From a virus: a DNA stretch of 64,000 nucleotides. Made by a program: the position numbers and the translations under genes. The notes below the pieces were generated by a model that had not been told where the DNA came from, did no database searches, and worked only from the letters and a program-made list of their open reading frames with translations. Location: positions 1 through 64,000 of IMG/VR virus record IMGVR_UViG_3300008954_000003, one strand, 5' to 3'. Below are positions 15,293 to 26,415 of this stretch, in pieces (position 1 is the first letter of the stretch; the number at the start of each line of letters is the position of its first letter).

Positions 15293-16549
15293 ATGAAAAA
15301 GATAAAGATACTGACCCTATCGGATATGCCTTTGGCAACATCTGGTGTTGGCACACAGACAAGGTATATTATTGAAGGTCTTCTAAAGACGGGTAAGTTT
15401 AGCGTCGTTTCTCTTGGAGGGGCAATGAAGCACAAGGACTATACCCCAATTCGTTTTGAAGAATACGGGGAGGACTGGACAATCATCCCTGTTAATGGTT
15501 TCGGAGATCACAATATAATCAGGTCTGTGTTGAGAGCAGAAAAACCCGATATTCTTTGGTTTATGACAGATCCAAGATATTTTGAGTGGTTGTGGGAGAT
15601 TGAAGATGAAATTCGTCCATTATGTCCCATGGTCTATTACCACGTTTGGGACAACTTCCCAGCCCCTGATTTCAATAGAAAACATTACGACTCAACAGAT
15701 GTCATTGTGGCTATCTCAAAGCTAACTCATGACGTTGTTCGTGAAGTTTCGCCAAATGTTACCTGCATTTATCACCCTCACGCCGTGAATGGAGATGTCT
15801 TTTTCCCACAAAGTGAGCATAAGATATCCAACATAAGAAAGGGCAACTTTGGAGAAGATAGTGAGCGTTTTCTGTTCTTCTGGAACAATAGAAATGCTCG
15901 TCGAAAGATGAGTTCTTCTCTTATTTGGTGGTATAAAACGTTCCTTGATCGTGTCGGTCATGACAAGGCGTTGTTGCTTATGCACACCAACCCCAAAGAT
16001 GTTAACGGTCCAGATCTTGAAGCAGTTGTTAAGAAGCTTGGCCTGACAGAACATCAAATAAGATTTTCAGCAACGTCGGTTTCGCCTGAAAATTTGGCAG
16101 CCATGTACAACATGGCGGATTGCACAATCAATATTGCAGACGCTGAAGGGTTTGGACTTGCGACTCTTGAATCCCTTGCGTGTGCAACACCGATTATTGC
16201 CACGCTGACAGGTGGCTTACAAGAGCAAGTGAAGAAGGGCGGAGAACTGTATGGCATCGGCATTGAGCCGGCGTCAAAAGCCGTTGTTGGTTCACAGAAC
16301 GTTCCATACATTTATGAGGATAGGGTGAGCGAGGAATCTGTTGTCTCTGCAATGGAAGAAGTGTTCAACCTCTCAGAAGAGGATCGCAAAGCACTTGGTC
16401 GTAAGGGCCGCGAACATGTTGTAAAGAATTATAATTTCAATAAATTTATAACTGGTTGGGAAGAGATTTTAACCAATGTTTACAACGAATACGGTTCTTG
16501 GGGTACACGAAAAAATTACAACCCCTGGGCGTTTAAGGAAATAAAATGA
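15293..16549 (+). CDS. Glycosyltransferase, GT4-like
   Basis: NNRNARRK, AEGFGLATLESLACATPII. Confidence 0.9.
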   Translation: MKKIKILTLSDMPLATSGVGTQTRYIIEGLLKTGKFSVVSLGGAMKHKDYTPIRFEEYGEDWTIIPVNGFGDHNIIRSVLRAEKPDILWFMTDPRYFEWLWEIEDEIRPLCPMVYYHVWDNFPAPDFNRKHYDSTDVIVAISKLTHDVVREVSPNVTCIYHPHAVNGDVFFPQSEHKISNIRKGNFGEDSERFLFFWNNRNARRKMSSSLIWWYKTFLDRVGHDKALLLMHTNPKDVNGPDLEAVVKKLGLTEHQIRFSATSVSPENLAAMYNMADCTINIADAEGFGLATLESLACATPIIATLTGGLQEQVKKGGELYGIGIEPASKAVVGSQNVPYIYEDRVSEESVVSAMEEVFNLSEEDRKALGRKGREHVVKNYNFNKFITGWEEILTNVYNEYGSWGTRKNYNPWAFKEIK

Positions 16550-17802
16550 AAAAAAGTATCTTAGTCAAAGGTCCGGTTTTATCACAATCAGGATATGGTG
16601 AACAAGCTCGATTCGCCTTGAGAGCTTTGCGCCGCAAAGAAGATTTGCTTGATATATACATTGCCAATATTCCTTGGGGAAAGACAGGGTGGATTTTTAT
16701 CGATGATGATGAGCGAAAGTGGATGGATGAAAGAATCTCCGAGACGATCAAAGCTTTTCACGAGAAGAAGCAATTCGATATCACTTTACAGGTGACAATC
16801 CCAAATGAACTTGAGAAGCTTGCCCCTGTTAATATACTTTATACAGCCGGAATTGAAACCACAAAGGTTTCCCCCGAGTGGATTGAAAAAGTGAATCAGG
16901 TTGCGGATAAAGTTGTTGTGGTTTCAAGGCATTCGAAAGCCGTGTTTGAGAACTCATTCTATCAAAAAAAGAATGAATATGGACACATGATGGAACTCAA
17001 GCTTGAGAAGGCCGTTGAGTACTGCAATTATCCTGTGAGACAATTTGAAACTGTCGATCTTGACCTCGACCTCGAAACAGAGTTTAATTTCCTTGCAGTT
17101 CTACAATGGAGTTCGAGGAAGAACGTTGTTAACACAATTCAATGGTTCTTGGAAGAGTTTCATGACAATGAAGACGTTGGCCTCGTCATGAAGGCCAACA
17201 TCGCCAGAAACAGTGTCCGTGATAGGATGCAAATTGAGAGCAATTTAAAATCAATTGCGGCTGTTTATCCTGATAGAAAGTGCAAGCTGTATCTTGTTCA
17301 TGGGTTTATGTCCCATGATGAGGTTCATTCACTTTACGCACACCCAAAGATTAAGGCGCTTATCTCTCTTAGCCACGGCGAAGGGTACGGCTTGCCTGTG
17401 TTTGAGTCTGCCTACGTTGGGAAGCCTGTCGTTACAACTGATTGGAGTGGGCAGAAAGACTTTTTGTACGCTCCAAAAAAAGTTAAAGGCAAGATAAAGA
17501 ATCGACCACATTTTGCAAAGGTCGATTACGACATCAAACCAATTCAGAAAGAAGCTGTGTGGGATACAATTCTTGTCAAGGAATCAATGTGGGCTTACCC
17601 AAAAGAAAGAAGTGCGAAGGAAAAGATGAGAGAGGTTTACAAAGATTTTGGTCGCTTTGAAAGTCAAGCGAAGAAGCTAAAGAAGCATCTTGATGAGAAC
17701 TTCTCCGAAGAGAAAATCTATGATAACTTTTATCAACATTTAAAGGAGTTCATTGAGTATGAAGATGAGATCGATTCAATGTTCAATGAAATATCGTTAT
17801 GA
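16546..17802 (+). CDS. Glycosyltransferase, GT4-like
   Basis: SQSGYG, WSSRKN, SHGEGYGLPVFESAYVGKPVV. Confidence 0.9.
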   Translation: MKKSILVKGPVLSQSGYGEQARFALRALRRKEDLLDIYIANIPWGKTGWIFIDDDERKWMDERISETIKAFHEKKQFDITLQVTIPNELEKLAPVNILYTAGIETTKVSPEWIEKVNQVADKVVVVSRHSKAVFENSFYQKKNEYGHMMELKLEKAVEYCNYPVRQFETVDLDLDLETEFNFLAVLQWSSRKNVVNTIQWFLEEFHDNEDVGLVMKANIARNSVRDRMQIESNLKSIAAVYPDRKCKLYLVHGFMSHDEVHSLYAHPKIKALISLSHGEGYGLPVFESAYVGKPVVTTDWSGQKDFLYAPKKVKGKIKNRPHFAKVDYDIKPIQKEAVWDTILVKESMWAYPKERSAKEKMREVYKDFGRFESQAKKLKKHLDENFSEEKIYDNFYQHLKEFIEYEDEIDSMFNEISL

Positions 17803-19424
17803 TTATATGTGTGGCAGATTTCTTTTACCCACAATCAATCGGGGGAGCTGAACTTACTCTTGAGTCCTTTTTATCGAGTGCTCTCACCCCAATCAAAAGG
17901 GTTCAATCCCATTTATTAACAGAAGACTTCATCAACGAGCATAAAGATGAAACCTGGATCTTTGGTAATTTTACACTGATCGCAGACCCTCTTCTGATTA
18001 AAATTGCGAAAACACTTACAAATTATCATATTCTTGAATTTGATTATAAGTATTGTGAGTTAAGATGCTCCCACAAACACATAGCGGCAACAGGCTTTTG
18101 TGAGTGTGAAAAATCACCACATGGGAAGCTTGTTGCCGTTTTCTTTTACAAAGCAAAGGCCCTTTTTTGGATGTCTGAAGGGCAACGAGACGAATACCAT
18201 CGGCTATTTCCGATTTTAAAGAAAGCAAATAATGTTGTGATATCTTCATCCTTTTCGGATGAAACACTCCAATACATTAAAGGTTTGGACACTTCAAAAA
18301 AGAACAATAAATATCTTATTCTGGATTCTGGTTCGTGGATTAAAGGGGTTGACGATTGTGTAAAATACGCCAACGATAATGGCCTTGAATATGAAAAAGT
18401 CTTTCGCGTCTCACACAAAGAGATGCTTAACAAAATGGCTAGTTCAAAGGGGCTTATCTTTTTGCCAAAGGGGCTTGATACTTGTCCGAGAATAACAATT
18501 GAAGCGAAGCTTCTTGGGTGTGATGTTATAACGAATGAAAATGTACAGCATCGAGATGAGTGGTGGTTTAATGACGAACCCAAGGAGGGACTCTATAATC
18601 TCGATCCAATTTTGGAATATGTGTCAATTATGAGATGGAAATTTTTTGATAGATGCCTTGATGAAACGACAAAGATTGAATCAAAATCAAATATAAGATT
18701 TCATTTTGTTGTTCCTGCTTATAACGCAAGAAATTGGATAACCAAGACGGTCGATAGCATTTTAATGCAGCGTTATAAAAACCACACCGTCACTGTTATC
18801 GATGACGTATCGACAGACAATATGGAGGAGAAGCTAAAGCCGTATTTTCAGTATCGCAGGTTCAATTTTATAAAGAACACGGAAAAGAAGTACGCCCTTT
18901 TAAACATCATTACAGCCATAGAGAATCTTAAGCCGAAAGAGGAGGACGTTATTGTGGTTGTGGACGGAGATGATTGGCTACCAGGGTTTGGGGTTCTCGA
19001 TCACCTTGCAGACACATATGAAAACGAAGGGTGTGTTTTAACATACGGAAGTTACGTTGAACATCCAAGTGGCCGCAGAGGAGTCGAGCCTTCTGAATAC
19101 CCGGAAGAGGTTATCAAAAACAATCTGTTCAGGCGAGATATTTGGAGAGCATCACATTTAAGAACCTTTAAGTACAAACTTTGGAGAGAAATAAACAAGG
19201 AAGACTTAAAAGATTTAGACGGCCAGTATTATAAGATGTCTTATGATCAGGCGATGATGCTACCGATGCTTGAGATGGCGGGTGAGCTTTCACGGTTCAT
19301 CCCAGAAATCTTGCATGTTTATAATCGCGAGACTTCGATTAATGTTGACAAAGTGAGCGGCAAACAACAATATGAAACAATGTTGAGAATTCGCTCTAAA
19401 GAGCCGTATGAAAGGAGATTTTAA
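17799..19424 (+). CDS. Two-domain glycosyltransferase (GT4-like + GT2)
   Basis: GGAEL...DTCPRITIEAKLLGC, then VVPAYNA...IDDVSTD...VDGDDW. Confidence 0.88.
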   Translation: MIICVADFFYPQSIGGAELTLESFLSSALTPIKRVQSHLLTEDFINEHKDETWIFGNFTLIADPLLIKIAKTLTNYHILEFDYKYCELRCSHKHIAATGFCECEKSPHGKLVAVFFYKAKALFWMSEGQRDEYHRLFPILKKANNVVISSSFSDETLQYIKGLDTSKKNNKYLILDSGSWIKGVDDCVKYANDNGLEYEKVFRVSHKEMLNKMASSKGLIFLPKGLDTCPRITIEAKLLGCDVITNENVQHRDEWWFNDEPKEGLYNLDPILEYVSIMRWKFFDRCLDETTKIESKSNIRFHFVVPAYNARNWITKTVDSILMQRYKNHTVTVIDDVSTDNMEEKLKPYFQYRRFNFIKNTEKKYALLNIITAIENLKPKEEDVIVVVDGDDWLPGFGVLDHLADTYENEGCVLTYGSYVEHPSGRRGVEPSEYPEEVIKNNLFRRDIWRASHLRTFKYKLWREINKEDLKDLDGQYYKMSYDQAMMLPMLEMAGELSRFIPEILHVYNRETSINVDKVSGKQQYETMLRIRSKEPYERRF

Positions 19425-20317
19425 TGAAGGTTTTGTTTGAGAATACAGACTTTACGAACCGTTCTGGTCCGAACAGCTTCGCTTCAAAGCTATCCACAGC
19501 CTTTTCGAAACTTGGTCATTCAACTTCTCAAACAGAAGGAGAGATTGTTCTTTGTTTCATTGAGGCTGGTAGGAGATTTCCGTGGTTAAAAATGGTTCAA
19601 CGCCTTGATGGCATTTATTTCAATTTATCACAAGACTTCAACTCTTTGAACGGTAATATTTCACGAACATACAAGGAATCAGACGGGGTTGTGTTTCAAA
19701 CGGAATTCAACAAAGAGCTGATAACTAGAGTTTTTGGGGAACCAAAAGATAGTGTTGTTATTAGAAACGGCGCAGACACAGATTTAATAGCAAGCCTTAA
19801 GCCATCTGACAACCCGATATTGGATTCGTATGAAAATGTGTGGTGCTGTGCATCAGTGTGGAGGCCACATAAAAGGTTTGATGCTAATGTGAGGTATTTT
19901 CTTGAACACAAAGGACCAAAAGATTGCCTTGTTGTGGCAGGCGAAGTCGAAAACAAAATTAGAAGCAACGATATTTTTTATGCAGGGAGCCTCAATACAG
20001 ATCAAATACTTAGTTTATATCTTCGTAGCAAATATTTTATTCACCTATCGTGGCTTGACCACTGCCCAAATGTTGTGATTGACGCAAGGGCGTGTGGTTG
20101 TCAAATAATTTGCTCAGATAGTGGTGGGACAAAGGAGATTGCTGGAAAGGGTGCCATTTTAATCGAGGAAGACGAATGGGACTTCCAGCCATTGTACCTT
20201 TATGATCCGCCCGTTCTTGATTTCTCAAAGCGTAGGGTGAATGAATTTGATTCGGTTTTGAGCGTAAACGATGCAGCAAAAGAATACATTGCGTTCTTGG
20301 AGAAGATTAAATGTTAA
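19424..20317 (+). CDS. Glycosyltransferase, GT4-like
   Basis: WRPHKR, DHCPNVVIDARACGC, SGGTKEI. Confidence 0.85.
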   Translation: MKVLFENTDFTNRSGPNSFASKLSTAFSKLGHSTSQTEGEIVLCFIEAGRRFPWLKMVQRLDGIYFNLSQDFNSLNGNISRTYKESDGVVFQTEFNKELITRVFGEPKDSVVIRNGADTDLIASLKPSDNPILDSYENVWCCASVWRPHKRFDANVRYFLEHKGPKDCLVVAGEVENKIRSNDIFYAGSLNTDQILSLYLRSKYFIHLSWLDHCPNVVIDARACGCQIICSDSGGTKEIAGKGAILIEEDEWDFQPLYLYDPPVLDFSKRRVNEFDSVLSVNDAAKEYIAFLEKIKC

Positions 20318-21225
20318 TATGTCCTGTCTACGCAAGAGAAGGATGGTTTTGCGATCGCTTTGCAAACGAGTGGATTGTTAACAACAAAAAGGGTTCAACA
20401 AAAAATCTTTTTGAAGCAGACGTTATATGGGTTGTCTCTCCTTGGCTGTGGAATCAAATCCCACCAATGCTTCTTCTCCAAAAGAAGGTTGTGACGACCA
20501 TCCACCATATCGTTCCTGAGAAATTTAACGAGAAAGAATTTGCTGCGAGAGATCACTACACAAACCTGTACCATGTGCCTTGTGAAAAAACAAAATCTTT
20601 TGTTTCGAAACACACAGATAAACCCGTTAAAGTGGTGGGTTATTGGATCAATTCTCATCTTTGGTTTGCAGAGGATAAAAAAGAACTAAGAAGGGTTTAT
20701 GCGATACCAGATGACAAGTACGTTGTTGGCTCTTTTCAAAGAGATACAGAAGGTCACGATTTAAAGAGTCCAAAGCTTGAAAAAGGTCCCGATTTGTTTT
20801 GTGATTATGTCGAGCGTTTGAATGAAGAAAAAGAGGTGCTCGTACTTTTAAATGGCTGGAGACGACAATATGTTCAAACACGATTAAAAAAAGCGGGCAT
20901 GAGATTTATGTATCGAGAACTCCCTCCTATTAATGTTGTTCGACACATGTATAATATGTGTGATCTATATGTTGTCGCAGCAAGAGTTGAGGGCGGCCCA
21001 CAAGCAGTGTTGGAAGCCCCAGCGATGAAAGTTCCAATTATTTCAACGGACGTTGGCATGGCATCAAGTGTTCTGCCGGAATCTTGCATTGTCGATGTTG
21101 AAAATGAAATTTATTATCCAACAGAAGAAGATGTCAATGAGGCTTATAAAAACGTTCAAAAATATGATATAAAAACTCACATGGATGAGTACACAAAAAT
21201 GTTCAAAGAGGTCTTGGAGGTATAA
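20311..21225 (+). CDS. Glycosyltransferase, GT4-like
   Basis: EKGPD, ARVEGGPQAVLEAPAMKVPIISTDVG. Confidence 0.85.
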   Translation: MLICPVYAREGWFCDRFANEWIVNNKKGSTKNLFEADVIWVVSPWLWNQIPPMLLLQKKVVTTIHHIVPEKFNEKEFAARDHYTNLYHVPCEKTKSFVSKHTDKPVKVVGYWINSHLWFAEDKKELRRVYAIPDDKYVVGSFQRDTEGHDLKSPKLEKGPDLFCDYVERLNEEKEVLVLLNGWRRQYVQTRLKKAGMRFMYRELPPINVVRHMYNMCDLYVVAARVEGGPQAVLEAPAMKVPIISTDVGMASSVLPESCIVDVENEIYYPTEEDVNEAYKNVQKYDIKTHMDEYTKMFKEVLEV

Positions 21226-21226
21226 G

Positions 21227-22297
21227 ATGAAGTTTTTAATAACAGGAGGAGCGGGGTTTGTTGGAAGCAATCTTGCATTTCACCTTTCAGAGGAAGGGCA
21301 CGAAGTTGTTTGCCTTGATAACCTTGTTCGGAGAGGTAGCGAGTTTAACATAAGCGAGTTGAAAGAAAAGGGGATAAAGATGATTCATGGAGATATCAGA
21401 AACCCTGAAGACTTGGTTCCTGTTGAACAATTTAAACCAGATGTGGTTCTTGAGTGTGCTGCCCAGCCGTCAGCTATTGACGGCTATGCAAATCCAATGT
21501 ATGACATAACAAACAATACCTATGGCCTTGTTAACGTTCTTGAATATTGCCGTAAGGTTGATGCAGGACTCATCTTTTGGAGCACGAACAAGGTGTACAG
21601 CGGGAAGCTTTGCAATTCCGTTCCGTTCTGGGAAGACAAAACGCGCTTGCGGTGGAAAGATCCAGGCAACTCAATAAGCGCAACAACAGTTCTTCCTGGT
21701 TGGTCGATGAACGGCTTCAACGAAGCTCTTGATGTTAATGGCGGTGATCATTCAATTTATGGGGTGTCGAAGTTGGCCTCGGATGTTATTTGCCAGGAAT
21801 GGTCAGACTCATTTGATATTCCGGTGATCATTAACAGGTTTAGTTGTCTTTATGGTCCGCGTCAATTTGGCAAGGTTGCTCAAGGTTGGATGGTTTGGTT
21901 TGTTATCGCCAAGTTACTTGGAGAACCTTTGGCATTTTACGGCTTCAACGGTAAGCAAGTTCGTGATTATTTACATGTACAGGACTTGGGCGACCTCATT
22001 TTGAAGCAATCAAAGGCTATAGACGGACATCGCGGTTCGTATTATAATGTTGGTGGTGGAATCGAGAATACAATTTCTTTAAGAGAACTTGACGACTTAT
22101 TGATTCAACTGATGAAGATTGAGTCGCCTATTGGCACAGGACCAGAAAGACGAGCTGATCAGAGAATTTACATTTCTGATATTGGGCGGGTTTGCAACGA
22201 GTTTGATTGGAAACCAAAGGTCCCCCTTGCATGGGGGCTTACCTCTTGTCTTGGTTGGGCAAAGAAAAATTTACACGATTTAAGAAAAATTTACTGA
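21227..22297 (+). CDS. NAD-dependent epimerase/dehydratase, CDP-paratose 2-epimerase (RfbE)-like
   Basis: ITGGAGFVGS, STNKVY, YGVSK, YGPRQFGKVAQGW, GKQVRD; ATG at 21227 with GGAGG. Confidence 0.85.
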   Translation: MKFLITGGAGFVGSNLAFHLSEEGHEVVCLDNLVRRGSEFNISELKEKGIKMIHGDIRNPEDLVPVEQFKPDVVLECAAQPSAIDGYANPMYDITNNTYGLVNVLEYCRKVDAGLIFWSTNKVYSGKLCNSVPFWEDKTRLRWKDPGNSISATTVLPGWSMNGFNEALDVNGGDHSIYGVSKLASDVICQEWSDSFDIPVIINRFSCLYGPRQFGKVAQGWMVWFVIAKLLGEPLAFYGFNGKQVRDYLHVQDLGDLILKQSKAIDGHRGSYYNVGGGIENTISLRELDDLLIQLMKIESPIGTGPERRADQRIYISDIGRVCNEFDWKPKVPLAWGLTSCLGWAKKNLHDLRKIY

Positions 22298-22303
22298 GGT
22301 GTT

Positions 22304-23932
22304 ATGAAAATTGCAGGATTATGGTCTGGGCACGACTGTTCGTTCTATGTGTCAAATAGAGGGAAGCCTATCGTTCACGCAGAGTATGAAAGATACATAA
22401 GAGAGAAAGAGCCGGCTGGTGATAGCGCGAAGTTCTTGATAGAGCAATATGCCGACTGGCAGTCTATTAAGCATTTTGTGTCAACCTATCCAACAAACAA
22501 GCTTCAAGAGCATGAAGAGTCTTATAAGAAGATTTGTGAAGTTGCCGATAAAAACGGCGGCTCTGTATCCTATATTGGACACCACCAAGCACATGCCGCA
22601 AACACTTTCTTTTCAAGCAACTTTGAAGAGGCATATATCCTGACTGTTGATGGCGGCGGTGTTGATCGTGGTGGCGTCACAGCATTGACGACGTGGAAGG
22701 GGATTGGGAACCGAATATACCCAATTCGTTCTTTCCCGATTCACCAAGTAAATATTGGCGGTGTTTGGACGAGAGCAACGAGATACATTTTTGAGTTGCA
22801 GTCTGGATGGCCGCATGGCCACCAAGCGGGTTCCGTTATGGCAATGGCTGCATTTGGAGATCCAAAGAGATTTTTCAACGATTTTTATACAATGCTGACC
22901 GTGGACCTACAACAAGCATCAGCAAAGCCGTCCACGCAACCGAGAGGCGCTCTTGTAAAGGGAAATGACCCACAACACCCTTATCTTCATAAGTATCAGG
23001 AGATCGCAAAGAGAGGCGAACAGGACAAGTTCGATCTTGCAGCGGGTTTGCAGGCGGCGACAGAATATTTGTTCAGACAGCTTCTTGCAGAATTTGCATA
23101 TCTTTCAGAGGGTGGAAGATATAATCTTTGTCTTGCGGGTGGTGTTGCCCTTAATTCCGTTATGGTCGGTAAGTTGCGGCAATGGTTTCCTGTAATTGAT
23201 GGAGTTTATATTACACCCACCCCTCACGATGGAGGGTTGACAATTGGTGCAGCACAATATATGTGGCATGAGGTGTTAGATCACCCAAGAATTATTTGGG
23301 AAGACAATTACACACCCTATCTTGGAGTTGAATACGACAAGAAGAGAATTTTCGAGGATTTGAAACAGTTTGATGACAAAGTATCTGTATCGAAAGTTAA
23401 TGATTCTGAAGTGGTTGATCTCTTGGATAAGCAGAAAATCGTTGCTGTCTTTGGAGGCGGATCTGAATCTGGACGCCGTGCTCTTGGAAATAGAAGCATT
23501 CTTGCAGATCCGAGAGATTCTGAGATGAAGGACAAAATCAATTCAAAGGTTAAGCATCGCCAGTGGTATCGACCATTTGCACCAAGTATCCTTCGTGACA
23601 CCGTGGGTGATTGGTTTGAGAATCCGTGCGAAAGCCCTTATATGAGTGACGTCCTTGAGTTCAAGGAAGAGGTCCGTGATAAAGTCCCAGCAGTTGTTCA
23701 TGTGAATGGCACAGCCAGACTTCAAACGGTCACGGAAAAAGATAACGGTTGGTATTACAATTTCTTAAAACTGTGGGAAGAAAAGTCAGGTGTTCCAATC
23801 ATTTTGAACACAAGCTTTAACGATCGTGAACCGATCTGCGAGACTCCTGAACATGCGATAAGATGCTTCCTCGGAACAGAGATCGATTATCTTTATTTTG
23901 TGGATTATGGAATCTTAATGGAGAGAAAATGA
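22304..23932 (+). CDS. O-carbamoyltransferase (NodU/CmcH family)
   Basis: GHD, HHQAHA, GGVALN, RALGNRSILADPR, RPFAP, NTSFN. Confidence 0.93.
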   Translation: MKIAGLWSGHDCSFYVSNRGKPIVHAEYERYIREKEPAGDSAKFLIEQYADWQSIKHFVSTYPTNKLQEHEESYKKICEVADKNGGSVSYIGHHQAHAANTFFSSNFEEAYILTVDGGGVDRGGVTALTTWKGIGNRIYPIRSFPIHQVNIGGVWTRATRYIFELQSGWPHGHQAGSVMAMAAFGDPKRFFNDFYTMLTVDLQQASAKPSTQPRGALVKGNDPQHPYLHKYQEIAKRGEQDKFDLAAGLQAATEYLFRQLLAEFAYLSEGGRYNLCLAGGVALNSVMVGKLRQWFPVIDGVYITPTPHDGGLTIGAAQYMWHEVLDHPRIIWEDNYTPYLGVEYDKKRIFEDLKQFDDKVSVSKVNDSEVVDLLDKQKIVAVFGGGSESGRRALGNRSILADPRDSEMKDKINSKVKHRQWYRPFAPSILRDTVGDWFENPCESPYMSDVLEFKEEVRDKVPAVVHVNGTARLQTVTEKDNGWYYNFLKLWEEKSGVPIILNTSFNDREPICETPEHAIRCFLGTEIDYLYFVDYGILMERK

Positions 23933-24894
23933 GTGAATTACCGAAAGTAACATTTGCGTTTGTTAATTGTAACAGGCTGCATTATCTTAAAGCGTGTCTT
24001 GAGTCACTGCTTTATTGTACGGACGATTACCCAAACAAGGAAATCATAATCGTTGACAACGCTTCCGTTGAGGACGGAACAGAAAAATATTTGAGAGAAA
24101 AGGAAGAACAGGGAGCCCTTGTGTTTCGGCAGGAACAAAGAGATCCGTCGAATGAATTTGCGAGAGCTTTGAATCTCATTGCTGAACATGCAACAGGAGA
24201 ATTCATCTTGCCACTACAAGCAGACACGCAGTTTGTTGTTAGAGGTGGATGGCTTCAAGACTTTGTTGAGGTCTGCTCTGAGAACCTTGAGAAGGTCGGA
24301 TATGTCCTTGTCGATGCACAAAGAGCAGTGAGAGATTCAAAGAGCATGTTTAACTTTAGTGACGACCTTGAGCTTGAAGAATCCGATGCGAAGTTTGCTT
24401 ATGACTTGTCACGGTATCCAATTGTTGGAGCTGCTGATGTAATGTATACAAAGTTTATCATGGACAAGATTAAACCATGGCATGTGGACAACGAGAGTCA
24501 TGAAGGCGGCAAAGATTCTGAGACGGAGATGCTAACAAAGATTTCGGGTCTTTTGGAAGAGGACGAAAATTTTTCACCCTTATGTTTGAGGCCGATAATT
24601 CCTGTTTCATGTGCGATTCACACAGACCTCAGAGGAACAAATGCAAGAGTTCGCGGTGATAAACGTTATGGCAACTATTGGAAGCCGCCAAATGGCAATT
24701 TTTATTACAAAATTCATGAATATGAAAATTTGTTGAGAAAGCATGGTCAAAGATATATGCCTGTTTCGATTGAAGAGCTTGTCGTTGGAGATGGTTGGGA
24801 CACTGCACCACTTTTGACACAAAATGGTGAATGGAAAAAGTGCCCAATTGACCCGGAACAGGCAGCAGAAAGCGATTACGAGAGGCTGTATTAA
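23929..24894 (+). CDS. Glycosyltransferase, GT2-like
   Basis: PKVTFAFVNCNR...IIIVDNASVEDGT; ATGA overlap. Confidence 0.8.
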   Translation: MSELPKVTFAFVNCNRLHYLKACLESLLYCTDDYPNKEIIIVDNASVEDGTEKYLREKEEQGALVFRQEQRDPSNEFARALNLIAEHATGEFILPLQADTQFVVRGGWLQDFVEVCSENLEKVGYVLVDAQRAVRDSKSMFNFSDDLELEESDAKFAYDLSRYPIVGAADVMYTKFIMDKIKPWHVDNESHEGGKDSETEMLTKISGLLEEDENFSPLCLRPIIPVSCAIHTDLRGTNARVRGDKRYGNYWKPPNGNFYYKIHEYENLLRKHGQRYMPVSIEELVVGDGWDTAPLLTQNGEWKKCPIDPEQAAESDYERLY

Positions 24895-25523
24895 TGGCGT
24901 ATCACTCTTATATACCAAAGATGTTTGAGTTTTTGGCTTCGTTTGAAAACCCAAAGATTTTAGAGATTGGTGTTGATAAAGGGCAAACGATGTATCCTTT
25001 GTTGCACTTTTTCACCCTACGAAGAAAGCCGTATTCTTATTATGGGATTGACGTAAAGATAAGGCAAGAAATCGGTATTCCATTAAGGTTTATGAATCTT
25101 TTAAAGGGACAAGCTATCACTTTGATAAACGATAACAGTTTATCAATATTGCCTAGCTTCTTAGGTGATTATGGAAAAATGGATCTTATTTTGGTGGATG
25201 GAGATCACAATTATTTTACGGTCAAGCAGGAATTACTTTTGCTGTCGAAGATCGCACACGACAAAACAATGATTATTTGTGATGATTTTCGAGGAAGATG
25301 GGCCAAAAAAGATCTCTATTATTCAGAACTGCCTGAGTATGAAGACGTAAAGGTTGCCACAAAAAGACAAATAACGAAAAAGCAGGGAGTTGCTGAGGCG
25401 ATAGGTGAATTTATAATTGAATTTCCAGAGTGGAAAGGAAGGACGGTCAGCGTTAACGCTGGAGGAACCTATGTGCCTTCGGATTATGTGATTTTGCAAA
25501 AAGATGAAAACATATTTAAATAG
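24894..25523 (+). CDS. Class I SAM methyltransferase (Methyltransf_24-like)
   Basis: ILEIGVDKG, DLILVDGDHNY, IICDD. Confidence 0.85.
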   Translation: MAYHSYIPKMFEFLASFENPKILEIGVDKGQTMYPLLHFFTLRRKPYSYYGIDVKIRQEIGIPLRFMNLLKGQAITLINDNSLSILPSFLGDYGKMDLILVDGDHNYFTVKQELLLLSKIAHDKTMIICDDFRGRWAKKDLYYSELPEYEDVKVATKRQITKKQGVAEAIGEFIIEFPEWKGRTVSVNAGGTYVPSDYVILQKDENIFK

Positions 25524-26415
25524 AAAACCAGTTGATGGACCATGGGGTGGTGGAAATAGATTCGTTAAAGCCTTGTCGAAAGCCTTGGTTGAGGAAGGCC
25601 ATCAGGTCGTTTATGATCTACAACCAGGTATTGATGTTGTATTTTGTTTTGATCCGAGACATGGCTCTGGAGATGGGTATGATAGGCTTCTTTCATATTG
25701 CAGAGAATCGGAAATCCCTCTCATCCAAAGGGTGAGTGACCTGGGTACGCATGGGAAACCAGAGTTGACCGATATGGTGAGGCGTTCTGTCAACACATCA
25801 GATTTTCTTATCTTTCCGAGTTATTGGGCAAAAGATTGGTTGGGGTATGAAAACGCGAACTGTGTTGTTATTCCAAATCGGCCACTGAAGGTTTTTCACG
25901 AACACAAAAGAACGGCAACACCCACCAATGGGGTTGTGAAAATTGTCACCCACCACTGGTCAACAAATGTAAAAAAGGGTTTTGAGATATATAAGGGAAT
26001 TGATTATTTTTCAAAGATTATCCCTGGAATAGAATTCACATACATTGGCAGATTGCCAGAAGGCTTTCGTTTTTCAGGGGCGACTTATTTGCCGCCAATG
26101 ACAGAAACCAATCTTGCCGTTGAACTTTCAAAACACCACATTTATTTGACAGCCTCACAAGAAGAGGCTGGCGCAAATCACGTTTTAGAAGCAATGGCAG
26201 CAGGACTGCCTGTTATTTATCCTATTAGCGGTGGAAGCATATTAGAATACTGCAAAGAGCACGGGGAAATGTATTCGTCCCCTGACCAGATTTTAAAATT
26301 GGTTCAAAAGATTATGAACGATTATGAGTCTTATGACCTTAATTTGGCTTCTTACACAGACACCATAGATGACACGATAAAAGAATACATGGAGATTATA
26401 TGCGAAGCAAAATAA
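25504..26415 (+). CDS. Glycosyltransferase, GT4-like
   Basis: GPWGGGN, KKG, EAGANHVLEAMAAGLPVIY. Confidence 0.87.
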   Translation: MKTYLNRKPVDGPWGGGNRFVKALSKALVEEGHQVVYDLQPGIDVVFCFDPRHGSGDGYDRLLSYCRESEIPLIQRVSDLGTHGKPELTDMVRRSVNTSDFLIFPSYWAKDWLGYENANCVVIPNRPLKVFHEHKRTATPTNGVVKIVTHHWSTNVKKGFEIYKGIDYFSKIIPGIEFTYIGRLPEGFRFSGATYLPPMTETNLAVELSKHHIYLTASQEEAGANHVLEAMAAGLPVIYPISGGSILEYCKEHGEMYSSPDQILKLVQKIMNDYESYDLNLASYTDTIDDTIKEYMEIICEAK